Assembly (NCBI GenBank): GCA_020058565.1
Contig: JAGVDT010000036.1
Coordinates: 1 to 34,842 of the forward strand
DNA: 34,842 bases
Source: Minisyncoccota bacterium
GTDB lineage: Bacteria > Patescibacteriota > Minisyncoccia > Phycocordibacterales > UBA2100
Direction: 5' to 3'
How positions within the stretch are numbered: position 1 is the first letter of the stretch; each line of letters begins with the position of its first letter. Below the pieces are notes generated by a model that searched no databases, was not told the origin of the DNA, and saw only the letters and a list, made by a program, of their open reading frames with translations. The translations under genes and the position numbers were made by a program. Of this stretch, positions 9,289-15,720 are shown piece by piece.

Positions 9289-9829
9289 AACACCGATGCG
9301 TACGCCGTCTGCATGCAAAAGCAGAGCTCCGACTACACTCGGTACAGCGAGTAGTACAAACGAGGAGGTAGCGGGAAGGACTTTCAGTTCCCTGGCGAAG
9401 GTACGTGCCGTCTCCATATCCTGATCTCATCTATATCAATGAATGGTTGTACCAGGCTAAATGGTGTATGCCATGCAATCATTCACTACCAATTGGTTAA
9501 TGAGTGGCGCATCTCGTTTTCGCCCTACCGGCAATGGGCCAACGGGCGCTGGACAATCTAGGTGCTTCGGTGCGCGATCACTAAGCAATTGCCCTCCGCT
9601 TATCAATCTCGGTAAACACAGATTCGCAGAAAACTCGATATCTCGGCATAAATGACTGCATGGATAGGGAGCGGAAGTTGCGGTAGTGGTTTGTTCAAGC
9701 GGGTTCTTCGGCTGTTTTAGAGCACACTCTTGCCTAAGGCAGACCCGCTCAGCCGCTGTGTAGAGGCCTTCAGCGCCTACAGGCATTCTCTTCAGGTGCG
9801 AAGCCAGCGCGACGCCCTGAACGGCGCTT

Positions 9830-11440
9830 TTACTTCTGTACAGAAGGGCCGCCTTTAAGTCGCACCACCGATTTGCGGACAACCGAGGCTGCGGTGAATA
9901 GGAAGAGTAGTAGCGGGATAGCCAAAACACTCTCTCCAAGGCGCGAATACGCAGTACGTGTACCTAGGAGTGGACCTGCCGCTGTCATAAACGATATGCC
10001 GCCTACGGGAGTCCTCGCTATGACTTCTCCTGCATCAGAAACTACTGCGGATGACGCGCCATTATGTACCATTGCCACGTATCTCCCGCTTTCGACCGCG
10101 CGCAGCTTTGCGTGCGCTATCAGCATTTGAGTGGACATGAAACCGTGATGCAGCCAGCTATCTGGACAGACATTTATCAAAATTTGCGCGCCACTGTTTG
10201 AGAGGTCTGCATACAAGCTCGGAGAGAAAATTTCGGCGCACAGTAGCGCGCCTATTTTCATGTCGCCGAGCGGGAGCGGTTGAGGAGTCGTTCCCGGATG
10301 CAGTACCGGCAAAGAGTTTTTACGAGCTGCATGTTCTCCCAGTATGTAGCTTTGTGCGGAAGAAAACAGATAGACTGGATATTCAGCGACTGGGGCGAGC
10401 AGCGTTGTATTGTGCGAGGCGACAATCTCGCCATCGCTTGAATAGGCAGTCAATCGTTTATAGGTGCCTGCAGACGTCTCCATCGTGGCAACATCGATAA
10501 TTTTCGGAGAATTTCCTGTAAGCACTGTCTTGAGTACCGATGTGGGCTCGACTCCCGAGGCGCTCAGGAATTCTCCGGAAGGAATTATCAAAACATCGAG
10601 CATTCGTACGGTGTCGGATACATCGCCCAAAAGCTCCCCTATCTGCCGTCCGCGCTCGGTTACTTCTGCCTTGGAGAGCGAAACTTTCGGGAAGAAGTCC
10701 GTCGTGATTGCGCCCATGTTGAGGACGCCCCGTTCGTCCGGAGAGGATGGCACGATGTGAAATTTGGTGTCTAGGAGCGTTACCGATATGCATGCGACGA
10801 CTGCGAGTACGACGGCGGCTACTTTAACCTTGATCGACGGAGCATACTTCCCCATCAAGGCTTCGGCGGCAAATCCGATCAGGACGACAGTAAACGTAAG
10901 GCCGTATACCCCGCCAAACTGAGCGAGGTATAAAAGCGGTGAGAACGCCGAGAGCGCATAGCCGAGCATTGTTGCGGAAAAATGCGCCGCCATGCCATTT
11001 TCATTCCCGGCCATAAGTGCGGCAAATGCCCACATCTGCGCGTATTGCAGAAGCGTCCATGCTGACGCTGCGAAAAGTATTCGCAGGGCCGGATTCTCAG
11101 TACGAAGCACGCGATACAGGAGCGCAAACACTCCAAAAAAAATGCCAAGCACGGCTGAGGCAGAGCCCCAGTAGAGGTACACTAGAGCGAAGCCTTTGGT
11201 TTCCGGAATGCCAGCCCAGGTAATCGGCAACAGGTCCCACAGCCAAAAGAGAGCGCCGGCCGAGTACACAACGCCAAAAAGCGTGCCTATGCCGAAATGC
11301 CTAAGCAGCCCGCTGCTTGCTTCTGTATGCAGCGCAAACGCGAAGGCTGCAACCGCAAAAAAAGCCAAGAACCACACCTGCGGCGCGAGGAGCGCAGCTC
11401 CCCCGAAAATTCCAGCTAGCGCTGCGAGAGCATATGTCAC
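9830..11440 (-). CDS. lnt: Apolipoprotein N-acyltransferase-like protein (multi-TM plus nitrilase fold), degenerate active site
   Basis: N-terminal TM helices with LGY..LAQFGGVYGLTF. Nitrilase-like domain with LLCAEI and LRAVESGRY, and a C-terminal RTAYSRLGE followed by a TM helix. Confidence 0.8.
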   Translation of the reverse strand: MTYALAALAGIFGGAALLAPQVWFLAFFAVAAFAFALHTEASSGLLRHFGIGTLFGVVYSAGALFWLWDLLPITWAGIPETKGFALVYLYWGSASAVLGIFFGVFALLYRVLRTENPALRILFAASAWTLLQYAQMWAFAALMAGNENGMAAHFSATMLGYALSAFSPLLYLAQFGGVYGLTFTVVLIGFAAEALMGKYAPSIKVKVAAVVLAVVACISVTLLDTKFHIVPSSPDERGVLNMGAITTDFFPKVSLSKAEVTERGRQIGELLGDVSDTVRMLDVLIIPSGEFLSASGVEPTSVLKTVLTGNSPKIIDVATMETSAGTYKRLTAYSSDGEIVASHNTTLLAPVAEYPVYLFSSAQSYILGEHAARKNSLPVLHPGTTPQPLPLGDMKIGALLCAEIFSPSLYADLSNSGAQILINVCPDSWLHHGFMSTQMLIAHAKLRAVESGRYVAMVHNGASSAVVSDAGEVIARTPVGGISFMTAAGPLLGTRTAYSRLGESVLAIPLLLFLFTAASVVRKSVVRLKGGPSVQK

Positions 11441-11472
11441 GCGCTAAGGATACCTCGACTCACGCGGCTTCA

Positions 11473-14061
11473 CTAGCTCTCATCGACGATGCGCCACTCT
11501 CCCGAGGCCAGGAGATCATCGGTCTTTTTAAATTTCACTTCGCGCACCTCTTTGCCGTTGGTTATTTTTACTTTGTCGTTGCGACCGTATTCTTTTTTCG
11601 GCCCCACGTGTCCGGTAGCGGTGATAGTCCGGGCGGCAGTCTGGACGGAGCGTTCCTGCCTGGAGCTCGGAGCACCTTCTGAAGTGATGTTGGGGATGCT
11701 TTGCGCCACATGCTGGGTATACGTATCTTCCATCGTATGAAAGAGCCGGAGGCCTTCTTTTTTGTATTCTACGAGCGGATCTCGCTGGCCGTATGCGCGC
11801 AAATTTACCGATGAGCGCAAATATTCCATAGCCTCGAGATGCTCCACCCAAAGGTAATCGATCGTTTGGAGCAAGAACCTCCGCACTATAGGGTAAAATG
11901 CATCACCAAGCTCTTGTTTTTTCATGCGGATTGCGTCGGGGAAATCTGACTTTCCGGAAAAGATGCGCTGTAATTCCGTGTCGATCGCTTCGTTGCCTTC
12001 TGACAATAGCGCTCGACGGCGCTGATAGACACTTTTGCGCTGAATGTTGAGTACGTCGTCGTATGCGAGCACGTGCTTACGAGCATCGAAATTCATTTCT
12101 TCAATGCGCGTCTGCGCCTTTTCAAGCGATCGGGTGATCATGGAGTTATAGATTGGTTCGTCTTCAGGAATACCAAAAGTGCCCATTACGCGCTTAATAG
12201 CGTCGGATGCAAATATGCGCATCAAAGAATCCTCCAGCGAAACAAAAAATTGCGTTTCTCCCGGATCTCCTTGTCGGCCTGCGCGGCCTCGCAGCTGATT
12301 ATCAATGCGACGGGCTTCATGCCGCTCTGTGCCAAGTACAAAGAGACCGCTGAGCTTTTTAATTTCTTCGTATGCACCTTCCGGCGCGGGGTTTCCTCCG
12401 AGTTTGATGTCCACACCGCGGCCTGCCATGTTGGTAGCGATAGTGACTCCCCCTTTCCTGCCCGCCTGCGCAATAATCTCGCCTTCGCGTTCGTGATTTT
12501 TCGCGTTTAATATTTCGTGAGGAATGCCCTCTTGGCGAAAATACGCAGACAAGACCTCGTTCCTTTCGACTGATGCCGTTCCGATGAGTACCGGCTGGCC
12601 CTTTTCGTGCATTTCTTTGACTCGCCTGGCGATGGCTTTCATCTTCCCCGCTTCAGTTTGGAATATCAGGTCTTCATGGTCTTTGCGTTCCGTTTTTTTG
12701 TTGGTCGGTACGACCACCGTATTGAGTCCGTAGACTTTGTAGAATTCTTCGGAACTCGTGACTGCCGTGCCGGTCATGCCTGCGAGCTTGTCGTATAAGC
12801 GAAAATAATTTTGGAACGTAATCGACGCGAAAGTGCGGCTTTCTTGCTGTACCGAGACGCCTTCTTTGGCCTCGATAGCCTGATGCAGTCCGTCGGACCA
12901 ACGGCGGCCCGGCTGAAGACGACCGGTGAATTCGTCTACTATCACAATCTGTCCGTCCCGCACGACGTATTCTTTGTCGCGATTATAGAGCGCTTTCGCG
13001 CGTACCGCTGTTTCCAGATGATGCACAAACTTAATACCGGCATCAGTGTATATGTTGTCTATCCCAAGAGCCCTTTCGGCCTTTTCAATACCAGAATCAG
13101 TTAGTTCTATCTGTTTTTTCTTTTCGTCAACCGCGTAGTCATCGTCCCGCTTGAGGGATCCCGCTATGCCGGCGAACTTTGCATACAAGGACTCGGCTTC
13201 GGCCATCGGCGCGGATATTATCAGAGGTGTGCGCGCTTCATCGATAAGTATGGAGTCTATTTCGTCGACAATCGCAAAATGATACCCTCCGTCTTTCTGA
13301 AGACGCTGACGGAGCTTTTCCGGTTCGTACTCAAGATTGTCACGCAGATAATCAAAGCCGTATTCATTGTTGGTGCCATAGGTGATGTCGGCCGCATATG
13401 CTTCACGCCGCGTACAAGGACGCAGATACTCGTGCACTACGTGAAAGCTCCCCGTCTCATCACGTTTCGTATCTAGTACATCTTTTGCCTCGGCCTGGTT
13501 ATTGTTTCTTGTTTCTTGTGCTTTGTTTTGTGTTTCTTGGTTATTGATATTTGCCACTCCGTGGCGAGGGTCGTATATAAAAGATGCTTCGTGATTTATC
13601 ACGCTTGTCGACATTCCAAGCGCATGATAGACCTGCCCCATCCATACCGCATCGCGCCTTGAAAGATAGTCATTTACAGTGACCACGTGCACGCCTTTCT
13701 CTGTGAGGGCATTGAGGTATGCAGGAAGCGTCGCCACCAAAGTCTTGCCTTCGCCGGTGCGCATTTCAGCGATGTCGCCGTTGTGGAGAATCATGCCTCC
13801 AATCAGCTGCACGTCAAAGTGTCTCTGCCCGAGCGTACGTCGAGATGCCTCGCGTACCGCGGCAAAAGCCTCTGGAGCCAGGTCGTCGAGACTTTCGCCT
13901 TCAGACAGGCGCTTTTTGAATTCGGCTGTTTTTGCCTTGAGAGCCTCGTCGGAAAGCGCTGTAAACTGCGGCTCAAGTGCGTTTACCTTGCCCACAATAG
14001 GGGCAGCGCGGTTGTAGGCCGCAGCGTTCTCATCGCCAAATAATGCCTTCCAAAATGTCAT
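11473..14061 (-). CDS. secA: Preprotein translocase ATPase SecA
   Basis: Motifs AEMRTGEGKT, VVTVNDYL, GFDYLRDN, IVDEIDSILIDEARTPLIIS, ATNMAGRG, RRIDNQLRGRAGRQGDPG and LRAYGQRDPL. Confidence 0.98.
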   Translation of the reverse strand: MTFWKALFGDENAAAYNRAAPIVGKVNALEPQFTALSDEALKAKTAEFKKRLSEGESLDDLAPEAFAAVREASRRTLGQRHFDVQLIGGMILHNGDIAEMRTGEGKTLVATLPAYLNALTEKGVHVVTVNDYLSRRDAVWMGQVYHALGMSTSVINHEASFIYDPRHGVANINNQETQNKAQETRNNNQAEAKDVLDTKRDETGSFHVVHEYLRPCTRREAYAADITYGTNNEYGFDYLRDNLEYEPEKLRQRLQKDGGYHFAIVDEIDSILIDEARTPLIISAPMAEAESLYAKFAGIAGSLKRDDDYAVDEKKKQIELTDSGIEKAERALGIDNIYTDAGIKFVHHLETAVRAKALYNRDKEYVVRDGQIVIVDEFTGRLQPGRRWSDGLHQAIEAKEGVSVQQESRTFASITFQNYFRLYDKLAGMTGTAVTSSEEFYKVYGLNTVVVPTNKKTERKDHEDLIFQTEAGKMKAIARRVKEMHEKGQPVLIGTASVERNEVLSAYFRQEGIPHEILNAKNHEREGEIIAQAGRKGGVTIATNMAGRGVDIKLGGNPAPEGAYEEIKKLSGLFVLGTERHEARRIDNQLRGRAGRQGDPGETQFFVSLEDSLMRIFASDAIKRVMGTFGIPEDEPIYNSMITRSLEKAQTRIEEMNFDARKHVLAYDDVLNIQRKSVYQRRRALLSEGNEAIDTELQRIFSGKSDFPDAIRMKKQELGDAFYPIVRRFLLQTIDYLWVEHLEAMEYLRSSVNLRAYGQRDPLVEYKKEGLRLFHTMEDTYTQHVAQSIPNITSEGAPSSRQERSVQTAARTITATGHVGPKKEYGRNDKVKITNGKEVREVKFKKTDDLLASGEWRIVDES
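13496..13553 (-). repeat. CAA-phased heptamer repeat translated inside secA
   Basis: Coding strand reads CAAATAT CAATAAC CAAGAAA .. CAAAGCA CAAGAAA CAAGAAA CAATAAC CA, encoding NINNQETQNKAQETRNNN. Confidence 0.65.
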
Positions 14062-14171
14062 CGGGTCATCCTATCATCGGAGGCCGAAAGTATCTACCTC
14101 GAGACAAAGGATTCTAGTTTGCGATACGTGACGATAAACAGATTCATACCCCACACTTCCACCGCATACCC

Positions 14172-14209
14172 GTATGCTATTTTTACGCGATAGCGTAGAA
14201 ATAGCATAC
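14172..14209. repeat. 17-bp palindromic hairpin abutting the stop codon of the PaaX/Cas2-like gene
   Basis: GTATGCTATTTTTACGC-GATA-GCGTAGAAATAGCATAC. Confidence 0.8.
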
Positions 14210-14210
14210 A

Positions 14211-14786
14211 CTACTGGCGTGCCGGCAGCTTAAAATGCTTCCTGATCGGCGCATCCATTTCGAGTTCATCTACGATCATATAGCGCATATCTTTTCCTAT
14301 TTTTAGATCGCTTTTCAGCAAGATAATAAGCTCTTCGCATGGGTAAGGATACATCCACACACTTTTCTGTAATTGGTAAAAGCCACACGACCGGAGGGTT
14401 TGCCTGACTTTGTCACGGATAGTCTTTCGGTATTCGGGAATATCAAAAATCATAAGCCGCCATCGCCCATCCCAACGCTTTGGGCGTTTACTCAGCGTTT
14501 CCTTGGCTTGCAAGAGATAGAGTTTGCGCTTGCCTTTTTCAGTAAGCTGCGCGACAGGTCCCTTATAGAAGATCAGGCCTTCTTTTTCGAGCCGTTTGCG
14601 GGTGCGAGCGATGTTGCCGGCATCATATCGGGACAGAGTTAGCCCAAGCTTTCGCAGAACCACCGGCATATTAGGTGCCGCAATCGCAAGCCCCACCAGG
14701 CCGGCTGCTGCCACGCCCATTAGTATGGATTTCCTTAGGTTCCTTTTTTGCGCACGTTTTCGACCCCGCTCTTCGATTGACCCCAT
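14211..14786 (-). CDS. Solo PaaX/Cas2-like protein (wHTH plus Cas2/PaaX-middle ferredoxin-like domain), CPR type
   Basis: Basic N-terminus, wHTH-like RKRLEKEGLI..LTEKG, and signature WDGRWRLMIFDIPE..R..LRSCGFYQLQKSVWMYP. Confidence 0.8.
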   Translation of the reverse strand: MGSIEERGRKRAQKRNLRKSILMGVAAAGLVGLAIAAPNMPVVLRKLGLTLSRYDAGNIARTRKRLEKEGLIFYKGPVAQLTEKGKRKLYLLQAKETLSKRPKRWDGRWRLMIFDIPEYRKTIRDKVRQTLRSCGFYQLQKSVWMYPYPCEELIILLKSDLKIGKDMRYMIVDELEMDAPIRKHFKLPARQ

Positions 14787-14821
14787 ATGCTATTTTTACG
14801 CGACCGCGCATTTATAGCATA
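14786..14821. repeat. Second, imperfect copy of the flanking palindrome, abutting the start codon
   Basis: TATGCTATTTTTACGCGA at 14786-14803 is identical to 14173-14190 and is closed by ..ATAGCATA. Confidence 0.75.
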
Positions 14822-14935
14822 GGAATATTTTTCCGCCATGCGTTTACTCTGCGAGAGTAGCAAAATATTTTTTCAGCCTATCAAGACGATCCTGCAGTTA
14901 ATGCAACAGATGACTTCGCAACGTAGGCCATAAGA

Positions 14936-14962
14936 CAAACCCGCGGCGAAGCCGCGGGTTTG
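14936..14962. terminator. GC-rich hairpin, probable terminator downstream of the Lys-rich sORF
   Basis: CAAACCCGCGGC-GAA-GCCGCGGGTTTG, a perfect 12-bp stem. The perfect palindrome TTGAGTGCGTACGCACTCAA is adjacent at 14975-14994. Confidence 0.6.
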
Positions 14963-14997
14963 CGCAAGAAACTTTTGAGTGCGTACGCACTCAAGCC

Positions 14998-15042
14998 TTA
15001 TCGGCGCTTCTTTGCTTTCTTTGCCTTCTTTTTCTTTGCCAT
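14998..15042 (-). CDS. 14-aa highly basic small peptide MAKKKKAKKAKKRR
   Basis: ATG GCA AAG AAA AAG AAG GCA AAG AAA GCA AAG AAG CGC CGA TAA, with an A-rich leader and two hairpins immediately downstream. It is below the ORF-track cutoff. Confidence 0.65.
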   Translation of the reverse strand: MAKKKKAKKAKKRR

Positions 15043-15163
15043 ATCGATGATGGGTTTTTTGTATCTAATTCGACCCGCCTCGCTCTCCCAGAAGAGTCTG
15101 ACGATGCGTTATTCCTAGATTATTGCATTGCAATATGAAAAATGTGCGAACAAAAAAAATTTG

Positions 15164-15172
15164 TGTGGATAA
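15164..15172. promoter_or_regulatory. Perfect DnaA box in an AT-rich region, next to a 13-bp inverted repeat (15175-15212)
   Basis: TGTGGATAA (reverse complement TTATCCACA); GAATCATAAAAAT ... ATTTTTATGATTC. Confidence 0.45.
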
Positions 15173-15292
15173 CTGAATCATAAAAATATTTTAAAAAAGA
15201 TTTTTATGATTCGGAAATCAAAAGTTAAAATTTGAAATTCAAGATGACAACTCAAAATTACATTGCATCGCGAATTCATCATCGAATAAATA

Positions 15293-15507
15293 TATTGAAA
15301 GGCGCAATGCGGAGGACGGGTGCGAGCACGCAAAGAGCTCCGCTTTAAGAACCGCACGGTTCTTAATTATCTCCTTCACGGGGAAACTACAGTTTCCCCG
15401 ACCCCCTTCGGACTTTGGAGCTCGCCAGAGCGTTTGGCTTGAGCGGGTAAGCCGATTTTATCCATCGTTTTGTATTGAAAGGCGCAATGCGGAGGACGGG
15501 TGCGAGC
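15293..15507. repeat. 35-bp perfect direct repeat (15293-15327, 15473-15507) enclosing 145 bp of hairpins
   Basis: TATTGAAAGGCGCAATGCGGAGGACGGGTGCGAGC occurs twice. Internal hairpins are TTAAGAACC..GGTTCTTAA, CGGGGAAAC..GTTTCCCCG and GGCTT..AAGCC. Confidence 0.9.
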
Positions 15508-15522
15508 TCCAAAGTGAAAGTT

Positions 15523-15686
15523 ATGTGAGTGCCGCCGCCCTCCGCGCTGCGCCCTTCGTAGTCTTGACGAAGAAGAACTGCATCCTTCCAAAGAAATGAT
15601 ACCACCCCACGGTAAAACTGCAGTACCCCGCGAAGCGGGGTACTTACAGTACTTTCACGAGAGCCAGAGATTGCTGGCACTCACAT
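15523..15686 (-). ncRNA. Putative ~164-nt structured non-coding RNA of unrecognised family
   Basis: TATAAT on the minus strand (15692-15697) lies 5 nt before AUGUGAGUGCC, which pairs perfectly with the 3' GGCACUCACAU. There are three internal hairpins, with G-U pairs that work on the minus strand. Confidence 0.55.
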
Positions 15687-15720
15687 TGAGGATTATACCC
15701 TAGCGACGTCGCGCAGCAAC

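Noticed and set aside
9714..9723. GTTTTAGAGC resembling a Cas9 repeat or tracrRNA
   Set aside because: It is a single 10-mer with no repeats or Cas9 nearby, consistent with chance.
9457..9939. 160-aa minus-strand ORF
   Set aside because: It overlaps the lnt 3' end out of frame and has no recognisable motif or start signal.
15120..15260. Replication origin
   Set aside because: Only one perfect DnaA box is present, and no dnaA/dnaN genes are in the window.
15293..15507. CRISPR mini-array (35-bp repeats containing ATTGAAAG, near a Cas2-like gene)
   Set aside because: There are only two repeats and the spacer is 145 bp and structured. ATTGAAAG is at the wrong end of the repeat, and no cas1 or effector gene is present.
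15430..15686. RNase P RNA or tRNA-Leu (AUAAAAUCGGCUUAC, GUGAAAGU, CCCGUCCUCCGCA look-alikes)
   Set aside because: The P4 pairing and GAGGAAAGUCC are not satisfied, and there is no TTC T-loop or anticodon arm.
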